Below are positions 47,170 to 55,980 of a DNA stretch of 64,000 bases, in pieces. The notes below the pieces were generated by a model that was not told where the DNA came from, searched no databases, and saw only the letters and a program-made list of their open reading frames with translations. The stretch is from Deinococcales bacterium (GTDB taxonomy: Bacteria; Deinococcota; Deinococci; Deinococcales; JAAFIG01): positions 20,594 to 84,593 of the forward strand of contig JAYWGM010000056.1 in NCBI GenBank assembly GCA_043778225.1, given 5' to 3'. Every line of letters starts with the position of its first letter. Position 1 is the first letter of the stretch. The translations under genes were made by a program, and so were the position numbers.

Positions 47170-47357
47170 GGGCAAGGGTTAAAAGGTTAAAAGCGACCAT
47201 GCCCGATAGGTGCGTGTTTATGGTCAAGAAGGGCAAAAGCGACCCAGCCCGTCAGCGATTCCGCCCGTCAGGTGCGTGTATGGAATCAAGACAGGTGCAT
47301 CTTTAGGGTCAAGAAGGTTAAAAGTACGCCTTTATTTTAGCTACTCGAGGAACGTTT

Positions 47358-48053
47358 ATGGGTGATCATATTTCTAAACATTGGGCTACTCCGATTTTGC
47401 GGCGGTCACTCGAGAATGCCGATGTTGTTAATTCGGATTTGATTGAGCTTTTTTACACGCATCGCAAAGCTGACCTTGAGGCTCGAGGGGTTAAACAGGC
47501 TAATTTATATTCCTCGGGCGATGATTTATTGAGTCGTTATGACAACGCCAATTTGAAGGCTTTGTTTGCTTTTGTTTCCGAAAGTGTCTTTGAAATTGCT
47601 GCCGAAATGAACGCTGGTATTTGGCAGGGCATGGGCGCAAGCCAAATGCAGATGCACGTGGTTGGGGCGTGGTTTCAGATTCAGAATCGCTATGGTTTCC
47701 ACGATATTCATAACCATGGTAATTGCTCTTGGAGCGGGGTCTATTATGTGCAAATAGACCCACTCGAGCGCCGTCAAGACCATGCCACTCTGGGCGCGAT
47801 GAATGGCATCACACGGTTTTATGGGCATCAGTTGGGTTTATTGGGTGGCGCACATATGGATTTGGGCAATGCCTATTTACAGCAAAGCAATGTTGACATT
47901 GTGCCAAAAGCTGGCGATTTAATCGTTTTTCCTAGCTGGCTAAACCACAAAGCCATGCCCTATGATGGCGATAAAGACCGTATTATTATTTCGTTTAACG
48001 CCCAAGTTCATGGCATAAAAGGCAATCAGGCATTTGATTATGGATTTCACTAA
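47358..48053 (+). CDS. putative 2OG-Fe(II) oxygenase (TIGR02466-like)
   Basis: GAGG RBS; HDIHNH...WSGVYY...GDLIVFPSWLNH...RIIISFN. Confidence 0.82.
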   Translation: MGDHISKHWATPILRRSLENADVVNSDLIELFYTHRKADLEARGVKQANLYSSGDDLLSRYDNANLKALFAFVSESVFEIAAEMNAGIWQGMGASQMQMHVVGAWFQIQNRYGFHDIHNHGNCSWSGVYYVQIDPLERRQDHATLGAMNGITRFYGHQLGLLGGAHMDLGNAYLQQSNVDIVPKAGDLIVFPSWLNHKAMPYDGDKDRIIISFNAQVHGIKGNQAFDYGFH

Positions 48054-48062
48054 AGGCACATC

Positions 48063-49139
48063 ATGAACACCGATTTTTACCAAACCGTTCTGAGCCTAAA
48101 AAACGCTGGCTCGAGCTTTGTGACCGCCACAGTCGTCTCGAGACGTGCGCCAGTTTCGTCGCATTTGGGCGATAAAGCGATTATTTTTGCCTCTGGACAG
48201 ATGCAGGGTTTTGTGGGTGGTTCGTGCAGCCGAGAAATCGTGCGAAAACAGGCGCTTGAGGCATTGCAAACGGGTAAGCCGAGGTTGGTACTGATTCGTC
48301 CAGATGCGACGCTCGAGACTTTGCAACACGCTTTTGATGCGGAAGGAATCGTTGTTCCTATGACCTGTGCGTCCGAAGGTGCAGTGGATGTCTACCTCGA
48401 GCCGCACAGTCCTGCGCCGCTTTTGTTGGTGGCTGGGTTTACACCTGTGGCACAAGCTGTGGCAAAAATGGCGGTTTTACTCGAGTACAACATTGTGCGA
48501 ATCGTGACCCAAGCCGAACTGCGTGACCTCGAGCCAAATAGTGCCATCGCCCTGTCTGAATTACCTGCCTTCCTCGAGCAACTTTCGGTTCAGACTCGAA
48601 CCACCTTATCAGCCGTGGTTGCGACCCAAGGGCATTACGACGAACCAGTTCTCGAGGCGCTGCTGTTGGCGGGTGTTGGTTTTGTCTCGCTGCTCGCCAG
48701 TCGTAAACGAGCCGTAACCGTGCGCGAACTGCTCGAGTTACAAGGCGTACCGCTCGAGTTAGTCAATCAAATACAAAATCCTGCGGGACTGGACATCAAC
48801 GCCAAAACCCCAGCCGAAGTGGCGGTCAGTATCCTTGCCCAAATCATCAAAGCCCGAGACTCGAGCCAAGCCATGTTTACCAACTCGAGTCAATATCAGG
48901 GTTTTCGTAGGGGCGACGGAGCTTCCAGCGACGGGGGTAGCGACGGGGGTAGCGACGGGGGCAGCAACCGAAGTGAGAATTCACGTTTTGCGATTTCACC
49001 CGTGGATGGCGAACGTATCGAAATTGCGTCGGCGGTTCATTTTGCGGATTACCACGGTCTGACGTATTATTTTACTTGCGCCAATTGCAAACGCCGTTTT
49101 CTCAAAGACCCACAGAGTTTTCTGTCGGTGACTGCATGA
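48063..49139 (+). CDS. XdhC/CoxF-type Moco chaperone fused to a YHS domain
   Basis: GFVGGSC, MTCASEGAVDVYLEP, ATQGHYD, ASRKR, PAGLDI...PAEVAVSILA; C-terminal PVDG...YYFTCANCKRRF. Confidence 0.88.
   Translation: MNTDFYQTVLSLKNAGSSFVTATVVSRRAPVSSHLGDKAIIFASGQMQGFVGGSCSREIVRKQALEALQTGKPRLVLIRPDATLETLQHAFDAEGIVVPMTCASEGAVDVYLEPHSPAPLLLVAGFTPVAQAVAKMAVLLEYNIVRIVTQAELRDLEPNSAIALSELPAFLEQLSVQTRTTLSAVVATQGHYDEPVLEALLLAGVGFVSLLASRKRAVTVRELLELQGVPLELVNQIQNPAGLDINAKTPAEVAVSILAQIIKARDSSQAMFTNSSQYQGFRRGDGASSDGGSDGGSDGGSNRSENSRFAISPVDGERIEIASAVHFADYHGLTYYFTCANCKRRFLKDPQSFLSVTA
48928..48963 (+). repeat. 12-nt in-frame tandem repeat (SDGG x3)
   Basis: AGCGACGGGGG(T/C) x3 in the XdhC-YHS linker. Confidence 0.85.
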
Positions 49140-50059
49140 TTGCCGATTTACGGGCGCGTTTTGCCGACAAAGGCTTTATTGCCTCGGATGATTTTGCAGT
49201 CGCCTTGCAGTTAATGCTTTCGCTCGAGAAGCCGCTTTTGATCGAAGGTCCGGCTGGGGTGGGTAAAACCGAAAGCGCTAAAGTCTTGTCTGAAGCCCTT
49301 GGCACACGTTTGATTCGTTTGCAATGCTACGAGGGTCTGGATGCCTCGAGTGCCTTATACGAATGGAATTATCCAAAACAAATGTTGCGAATCCGTCTGA
49401 CTGAAGGTTCTGGAAGCCTCGAAGACCGAGAAGCCCAGATTTTTTCCGAAGCCTTTTTACTTAAACGCCCATTGCTTGAGGCGATTACCCAAGAAACCGC
49501 ACCAGTGCTGTTGATTGACGAAATAGACCGAGCCGATGAAGCCTTTGAAGCCTTTTTGCTCGAGTTGTTGGCAGAGTTTCAAATCAGCATCCCAGAACTT
49601 GGCACGATTAAAGCCATAAACCGCCCACGGGTGATTTTGACCAGCAATCGCTCGAGGGAACTTTCCGATGCCCTGCGGCGGCGCTGCCTGTACTTGTGGC
49701 AGTCCTACCCAAGCATGGCGCAAGAACTCGAGATTTTGCGTGCCAGATTGCCGAACATCAATCAGCGTTTGGCGCTGCAAATCGCCACAGTCATGGAGGA
49801 ACTGCGGCGTTTGCCATTTCACAAAGTTCCGGGGGTAGCCGAAACACTCGATTGGGGACTGGCGCTGATGAATCTGCACCACGATGCGCTCGATGCCCAA
49901 GCGGTGCATTTAACTCGAGGCTGTATCCTCAAAGCCCGCGAGGATTGGGTGCTTTTAGAAAATAATTTGCCAGCTTTAGAGAAAATTTGGAATCAAGAAA
50001 TTGGGCAACGTCCAAAACTCGAAACTGATTTTGGGATTGGTACAGTCACCGTCAGGTAG
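49136..50059 (+). CDS. coxD: CoxD MoxR-type AAA+ ATPase
   Basis: EGPAGVGKTE, RLQCYEGLD...LYEWNY, LLIDEIDRAD, LSDALRRRC; ATGA overlap with the upstream gene. Confidence 0.92.
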   Translation: MIADLRARFADKGFIASDDFAVALQLMLSLEKPLLIEGPAGVGKTESAKVLSEALGTRLIRLQCYEGLDASSALYEWNYPKQMLRIRLTEGSGSLEDREAQIFSEAFLLKRPLLEAITQETAPVLLIDEIDRADEAFEAFLLELLAEFQISIPELGTIKAINRPRVILTSNRSRELSDALRRRCLYLWQSYPSMAQELEILRARLPNINQRLALQIATVMEELRRLPFHKVPGVAETLDWGLALMNLHHDALDAQAVHLTRGCILKAREDWVLLENNLPALEKIWNQEIGQRPKLETDFGIGTVTVR

Positions 50060-50061
50060 GT

Positions 50062-51252
50062 ATGGCACTACTCGAGAAAATAACTGCATTTTGTGAAGTC
50101 CTACGAACTCAGCATCAGTTCAAAATTGGTGTGGCAGAGGTGTCAGATGCCCTGCGCTCGCTCGAGCTTGTGGATGTCACCACTGGCTTAGAAGTGACAA
50201 AGACGGCGCTACGAATCGTGATTTGTGGCAAACTTGAGGAGATAGCTGTTTTTGACCGAGCCTTCCAGAGTTTTTTCTTCCCAGAGCGTCAAGGAATCGC
50301 CCAGCCCTTGATGCCGTCGCAGCCCAAGCAGCTGACCGAACAACCAGCTAACAATCCGAGTCTCGAGCCACAAGCCAAGCCCGAGTCTGAAAACCCCGAA
50401 GACGACCCAGATTTCGCAGGGTCTAATCCAAAGTATTCGCCTGATGATGACGATTCAAAGGCGACGCTTACCCAGCAATGGCTGCGTGGCTTATTTAGTG
50501 CTGCCAACCGTCAGTCCGAAGCACCCAAAGTCAGCCCCGATGGTCTCGAGCTAATGCTGTTGGCGGCGGCACAAGTTATCCGCGATTTACGTCTTGGTCG
50601 CTCGAGAAAATGGCGCACCCTGCCCAGTGGCTCGAGATTTGATTTTCGTAAAACGCTGCGTAAAAGCCTTGGTACAGGCGGTGAAGCGATTTTCCCGTAT
50701 TGGCTTGGGCATCCCAAACGCAATCCGCGAATTGTGCTGCTGCTGGATGGCAGTCGTTCAATGACCGAGCATACGCAGCCTGTGTTGCAATTTGCTTACG
50801 CCTTGGTGCAGCGCTCAAAGCGGGTGGATGTCTTTACATTCTCGACTGACTTGACCGATATTTCCCAATTCTTTTATCAGCGCCGTCTTGAGTTACCAAA
50901 CTTAAAAGCTGCTTGGGGTGGCGGTACACAAATTGGCGAGAATTTTCGTGTTTTTTTGCGTGACCACGCGGCTCGTGTCCTGACCCCAGATACCTTGGTG
51001 CTGATTTCTAGCGATGGCTTGGAGGTTGGCGAAACTCAGATTCTCGAGTCGGCAATGCGTGAAATAAAACGCCGTTCGGCTGGAATCATCTGGCTTAATC
51101 CGCTCGCCAGTCACCCAGAATTTATCCCCACGGCTCGAGGCATGAAAACCGCTTTGCCGTTTATAAATCAACTCACCCATGCCAGTACACCTCAGCATTT
51201 CTCGAGTCTGCTCAAGCTAAACCACAGCAATCTGGACTCGAACCGAATTTAG
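50062..51252 (+). CDS. coxE: CoxE VWA-domain protein
   Basis: DFRKTLRKS, LLDGSRSM (MIDAS), WGGGTQIG, SDGL, IWLNPL. Confidence 0.92.
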   Translation: MALLEKITAFCEVLRTQHQFKIGVAEVSDALRSLELVDVTTGLEVTKTALRIVICGKLEEIAVFDRAFQSFFFPERQGIAQPLMPSQPKQLTEQPANNPSLEPQAKPESENPEDDPDFAGSNPKYSPDDDDSKATLTQQWLRGLFSAANRQSEAPKVSPDGLELMLLAAAQVIRDLRLGRSRKWRTLPSGSRFDFRKTLRKSLGTGGEAIFPYWLGHPKRNPRIVLLLDGSRSMTEHTQPVLQFAYALVQRSKRVDVFTFSTDLTDISQFFYQRRLELPNLKAAWGGGTQIGENFRVFLRDHAARVLTPDTLVLISSDGLEVGETQILESAMREIKRRSAGIIWLNPLASHPEFIPTARGMKTALPFINQLTHASTPQHFSSLLKLNHSNLDSNRI

Positions 51253-53262
51253 GGCGGCATTGCCGGAAATATCCAACTCGAGTTGGTCGGTCAAATCGTT
51301 GAGGCTGATGCCTTTGGTGTGTGGCTCAACATCGTCGCGGGTGGCATGACCATAGCCGTGTGGGATGCTGACCACGCCGCGAGCCATATCTGCACTGATT
51401 TCAAGCGGGATGGTGACTGTGCCAACCCTCGAGCTAATTTGCAGCTTTGCGCCATCGCTCGCGCCAAGGCTTTTGGCATCATCTGGGTGCAAAAGGGCAG
51501 TGCAGCGCGGTTGGTCGCGGTTGAGGCGCTTGACATGGTGCATCCAAGAATTATTGCTGCGGAGTTCTCGCCGCCCAATCAGCATATAGCCATCGGTGCT
51601 GGTCTCGAGGTCGTTCTCGAGCCGTTCAAGGTCGGCTAAAACCAAATCTGGGGACAGGCGAATGCGCTTTTCGGGGGTTTGCAAGCGCTCTGGGCATTGC
51701 TCGGTCAGTTCGCCTAGGTCTATGCCGTGTGGATGAGCGATTAACTGCTCGAGGCTCAGTTTATATTTGCCGCGTTCCAAGCCATCTGCGATGATTTCAG
51801 CAGGGTCTCGAGCCGCCTCACCGCCCATACGGTGTGCCAGTTCGCCGATGATTTCCCAGTCGTACTTGGCATCCGCCGATTTTTCGAGGGTCGGTTGGCT
51901 GTACTTGGCAAAATTCTGGATTGCCAAAGATAAGAACGTCACATCATAATGGGCGGTCTCGAGTCCCATGGCGGGTGGCAAAATAATATCGGCATGGCGG
52001 GTCGTTTCGGTGATGTACGGGTCTATGGCAACCATAAACTCGAGCGATTCCAGCGCTGCCTCGAGGTTTTTGCCGTTTGGGGTGCTTAAAACTGGGTTGC
52101 CACAAGTGATCACTAAAGCACGAATTTGGTCTTGCCCCTTGGTCAGCATTTCTTCGGCTAGGGCTGCCACTGGAAATTCGCCATTGGCTTCGGGCAAGCC
52201 GCGTACTCTGGTGTGGCTGCGCCCAAACGCCCAATCGCCTTTGCTGCGAACTGTCTCAAAAGCTGGGGCTGGAAACATCATCCCGCCAGCTTTGTCAAAG
52301 TTGCCCGTCAGGATATTGAGGGCATAGACCAGCCACTGACAAACTGTGCCAAATTTTTGCACCGACAAACCAATTCGCCCATATGCCACAGCACTTTTAG
52401 CGCTCGAGAACTCGCGGGTTAAGCGTTTAATTTCCTCGCTCGAGATGCCAACTCGCGCTGCCACCCGCTCTGGAGTAAATGGTGTAACTGCTTGGCGAAT
52501 TTCCTCGAGTCCATCGGTCAACGCCTCGAGTTTGCCCATTTTGACCAGCCCTTCGGCAAACAGCGTTTGAACCATTGCCAGCAGCAAAAAAGCATCGCTG
52601 CTGGGGGTGATAAAATGGTGTTCGCTGGCAACTTTGGCGGTTTCGGAACGCCGTGGGTCAATCACCACGACTTTTCCACCTTTGGCTTGAATGTTTTTTA
52701 AGTGGTCTTTGACTCCTGGGGCGGTCATCAGGCTGCCATTGCTGGTCAATGGATTTGCGCCAAGAATCAACCAATAATTGGTACGACTAATGTCCGGTAC
52801 GGGCAGTAGGTTGGGATTGCCAAGCATTAAACCACTGATGACTTGCTGCGGCAATTGGTCAACACTGGTGGCGCTAAAGCGGTTTCTCGAGCCAATGGCA
52901 CGAATTAGATTGGGCATACTCAATAGTGTCCCGGAATTATGCACCGCCGGATTACCGATAAAAAAAGCAATTGCATTTGCGCCGTCTCGAGCCTTGATTG
53001 TCGAAAGTTTTATGGCAACTTCTGTAAAGGCTTCCTGCCACGAAATATGCTCCCAGCCTGTGGCAGTGCGCTTGACTGGGGTGCGTAACCTGTTTGGGTC
53101 GGTGTTCATGTCTGCCAGCGCGGTGGCTTTTGGGCAGATATGACCTTTGGAGAACGGGTCGGCAGCATCGCCGCGAATGCTTTTAACCACATTCCCCTCG
53201 AGTTCAATCTCGAGTCCACAAATGGCTTCGCACAGGTTACAAGCTCGGTATTTGGTTGTCAT
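51217..53262 (-). CDS. molybdopterin-dependent oxidoreductase (DMSO reductase superfamily)
   Basis: CNLCEAICG...CPK [4Fe-4S] motif, VVIDPRRSETA, ETTRHADIILP, RSNNSW. Confidence 0.92.
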   Translation of the reverse strand: MTTKYRACNLCEAICGLEIELEGNVVKSIRGDAADPFSKGHICPKATALADMNTDPNRLRTPVKRTATGWEHISWQEAFTEVAIKLSTIKARDGANAIAFFIGNPAVHNSGTLLSMPNLIRAIGSRNRFSATSVDQLPQQVISGLMLGNPNLLPVPDISRTNYWLILGANPLTSNGSLMTAPGVKDHLKNIQAKGGKVVVIDPRRSETAKVASEHHFITPSSDAFLLLAMVQTLFAEGLVKMGKLEALTDGLEEIRQAVTPFTPERVAARVGISSEEIKRLTREFSSAKSAVAYGRIGLSVQKFGTVCQWLVYALNILTGNFDKAGGMMFPAPAFETVRSKGDWAFGRSHTRVRGLPEANGEFPVAALAEEMLTKGQDQIRALVITCGNPVLSTPNGKNLEAALESLEFMVAIDPYITETTRHADIILPPAMGLETAHYDVTFLSLAIQNFAKYSQPTLEKSADAKYDWEIIGELAHRMGGEAARDPAEIIADGLERGKYKLSLEQLIAHPHGIDLGELTEQCPERLQTPEKRIRLSPDLVLADLERLENDLETSTDGYMLIGRRELRSNNSWMHHVKRLNRDQPRCTALLHPDDAKSLGASDGAKLQISSRVGTVTIPLEISADMARGVVSIPHGYGHATRDDVEPHTKGISLNDLTDQLELDISGNAALNSVRVQIAVV

Positions 53263-53350
53263 GATACTTAGAAGTTTACTCTAAATTTATGGTCTGGTCT
53301 CTGGTTCAAAAAACTTTATCCTAGGGGTAGGTCATATATCTTCTGGTGCT

Positions 53351-53752
53351 TTAATTTAAGAACTGAAAATTTTGACCACGAAGATTGGCTTTCTCAGATA
53401 TATTCGCAATTGCGGTACGATTCCAAGTAAACAAGACAGCTTCGTTCTCAGTTTTTTCAATGGAAACGCTACTCTGTAAAAAAGTAGCTTTCAAGGTGTT
53501 TTCGACTGAGAATATGGGCTTGTATTTGGATGATATTTGGGTTGGTGTATTGAACGTTCCTTGACGTTTATGTTTTTTTCGCCATGATAGTTCTCCTACT
53601 GTCATTAGCGTGGCCATAACTTCAGGATGCACATAACGAGCCTTCAATTCCGTAACAACAGCGTCATAAAAATCCTCAGTTAGATTTGATTCAGCAAAAC
53701 GCACCATCAATTCGTTATCTAGGTCATTTATTGTCATTTGCTGTATATTCAT
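53351..53752 (-). CDS. hypothetical protein (AT-rich)
   Basis: 133-aa ORF coupled by ATGA overlap to the upstream metallopeptidase-like gene. Confidence 0.6.
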   Translation of the reverse strand: MNIQQMTINDLDNELMVRFAESNLTEDFYDAVVTELKARYVHPEVMATLMTVGELSWRKKHKRQGTFNTPTQISSKYKPIFSVENTLKATFLQSSVSIEKTENEAVLFTWNRTAIANISEKANLRGQNFQFLN

Positions 53753-54330
53753 GGCTGCTCCTGCAAATCCAAATCTAGTCTTGCCAAAACCATTTGGATC
53801 ATAGCATATCCTCGTGAATCATCAATGAACAATTCGGTACGTTGAAAAATAAAAGCTGTCAAGGATTCGGCAAAATACTCTCTGGTGTTTTTCAACCCAT
53901 AATGACCTAATGCAAAGGATGATGGCATCAACGTAGTATGATGAAATAGGTCTAGATGGTACTTGAGTAAAAAATTGTAAATATGATGTCCAACTTCATG
54001 AACCAGCGTTCGTTGTACAGCTTGCTGAGCTGTTAATGCTAAACAACTGATACTCCAAAATTTTAATTTTTCATAGATTTGACCATAGTCACGATTATTG
54101 CTTCGATGCAAACCTACTTGAATTGTTTGAAGTTTGAAATCGTATTGACCATTTATCGGATTACCATCATCATCTGTTAATTCACGGACAAATTCGATGC
54201 TTGCAAGTGGAAATTTTAGCAAAAATAAGATCAAACCTGTAGACTCGAGGACTGATACCAGAATTTGCGTTTCTGCTTGTTTTAATGGGGAAATTAGTCT
54301 TTGTGTGAATAATAGCTTGGAATCTGACAC
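53749..54330 (-). CDS. HExxH zinc-metallopeptidase-like protein (AT-rich)
   Basis: TLVHEVGHH and downstream Y...NTREYFAES gluzincin-like motifs. Confidence 0.7.
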   Translation of the reverse strand: MSDSKLLFTQRLISPLKQAETQILVSVLESTGLILFLLKFPLASIEFVRELTDDDGNPINGQYDFKLQTIQVGLHRSNNRDYGQIYEKLKFWSISCLALTAQQAVQRTLVHEVGHHIYNFLLKYHLDLFHHTTLMPSSFALGHYGLKNTREYFAESLTAFIFQRTELFIDDSRGYAMIQMVLARLDLDLQEQP

Positions 54331-54387
54331 AATAAAGTTTTACCACGACCAATTAAAGAATCAGTCTATGTACGGTATACTTGTCCC

Positions 54388-55029
54388 GTGAAGACACTGC
54401 TGATTGATTATGGTTCTGGAAATTTACACAGTGCCGCCAAAGCACTCGAGGCATCTGGTTTTAATTCCAATGGTCACGAGCTTGTGGTCTCGAGTAACCC
54501 GCAAGACGCTTTGGATGCCGATGCTTTGGTCTTGCCCGGGCAGGGTCATTTTCGTCAGGTGATGGAGGCGTTTACTGATTCGGGTTTTGAAGCGGTGGTA
54601 CGGGCGCATTTGGCTGCCCAAAAGGCATTTTTGGGGATTTGTGTCGGGATGCAGATTTTATACGAAAGCAGTGAAGAATCGGCATTGCCCGGTTTGGGCT
54701 TACTGGCTGGACGCTTAAAGCGTTTTCCGAAAGGGTTGCCGGTGCCGCAAATGCAGTGGAATAAACTCGAGAAAATTGGCTCGAGTCCGTTGTTGCAAGG
54801 TCTCGAGGCTGGTGCCTTTGCCTATTTTGTGCATTCGTATTATCTGCCAGAAGGAAGTGCCGAGCATGGCGCAATCACCGACTATGGGGTGCGTTTTTTA
54901 AGTGTGGTCTCGAGCGGTAATCTTCATGCGACCCAGTTTCATCCCGAAAAGTCGCAAGCTGTTGGTTTACAAATGCTCGAGAATTTTAGAATCTGGGCAG
55001 AGGCGTACTCGAGAAGAATTGTGATTTAG
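54388..55029 (+). CDS. hisH: imidazole glycerol phosphate synthase glutaminase subunit
   Basis: IDYGSGNLHS, LPGQG, GICVGMQ, YFVHSY, QFHPEKS. Confidence 0.97.
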   Translation: MKTLLIDYGSGNLHSAAKALEASGFNSNGHELVVSSNPQDALDADALVLPGQGHFRQVMEAFTDSGFEAVVRAHLAAQKAFLGICVGMQILYESSEESALPGLGLLAGRLKRFPKGLPVPQMQWNKLEKIGSSPLLQGLEAGAFAYFVHSYYLPEGSAEHGAITDYGVRFLSVVSSGNLHATQFHPEKSQAVGLQMLENFRIWAEAYSRRIVI

Positions 55030-55326
55030 ATCGTTTTTTACTGGCTTTGGCTGATTGTTGTTTAACTCACTTTGTAGGCAACAAGCTCCTTTGATGCTTT
55101 CAGATGAAAAGCTCTTGATCTTGATGGTCTTAAAATTATACTTACTGAACAGGGTTTCTACGCATTTACTGAACCTAGCGCGTCCTACTCTACTGTATGG
55201 GATTGATAAAGAAATGATAAACTTTGTAACCAAAAATACTATTAGATTGAAGTCGTGAACGACGTTATCAATCAAATCACGACTAGAAAAGAACCATAAA
55301 GCACGAGCTTTTGTGATTTGCAAAAA

Positions 55327-55935
55327 ATGTCGCTTATTCATACACTCCAAGACACGATGGATAGCATTCAATACCGCCCCGGCGCAATTATTCTCTACCC
55401 AGGCAGAGCCGACATGGTGTATCGGCTCAAAACTGGCTTGGTTCGTCTGCACACCATGGACAACGAAGGCAACGGTTTGACTTTACGCTACATCAGACCG
55501 AGCGAATTTTTTGGCGAAGAAGCCTTGACTGGACTCGAGCGACAACATTTTGCCGAAAGCGTGACCCACAGCACGGTCGAGATGTTCAAAGCAAAATCGG
55601 TCACCCCAGAAATCGCCACCGACTTAAATGTTTGTCTTGCCAAAGCCCTTGGGCGCAGTTATCTGAGTATTTCTAGCCTTGCCAGTCAACGTTTGCGCTC
55701 GAGAATCGCAGCAGCCTTGATTGAACTCTCCGAGACAGCCTTAGGGATTTTATCCGCCACAGGCGAGCGCCAAGTGCTTGCCACCCACGACGACTTGGCG
55801 GCGGCAGTTGGCAGTGTACGTGAAACCGTTACCAAAGTGATTGGCGAGTTGTCTCGAGAAGGGGCAATAGACAGTGGTTATGGCAGAATCACGCTCCGAG
55901 ACTTAAATGGTTTAAGAACAATTGCCCTCGAGTAG
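55327..55935 (+). CDS. ddrI: Crp/Fnr family regulator, DdrI-like
   Basis: YRPGAIILYPG..D..YR...GLVRLHTMD..GNGLTLRY, FGEEAL, ATHDDLAAAVGSVRETVTKV match Deinococcus DdrI as recalled. Confidence 0.8.
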   Translation: MSLIHTLQDTMDSIQYRPGAIILYPGRADMVYRLKTGLVRLHTMDNEGNGLTLRYIRPSEFFGEEALTGLERQHFAESVTHSTVEMFKAKSVTPEIATDLNVCLAKALGRSYLSISSLASQRLRSRIAAALIELSETALGILSATGERQVLATHDDLAAAVGSVRETVTKVIGELSREGAIDSGYGRITLRDLNGLRTIALE

Positions 55936-55980
55936 TCTATTTTCTGACGATTGGCTCACAAAGCGGTTTATAATTAGCGG

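Noticed and set aside
55030..55326. Structured RNA or CRP site upstream of ddrI
   Set aside because: Short overlapping inverted repeats exist (AGTCGTGA/TCACGACT, CAAATCAC/GTGATTTG), but there is no convincing TGTGA-N6-TCACA site or known RNA motif.
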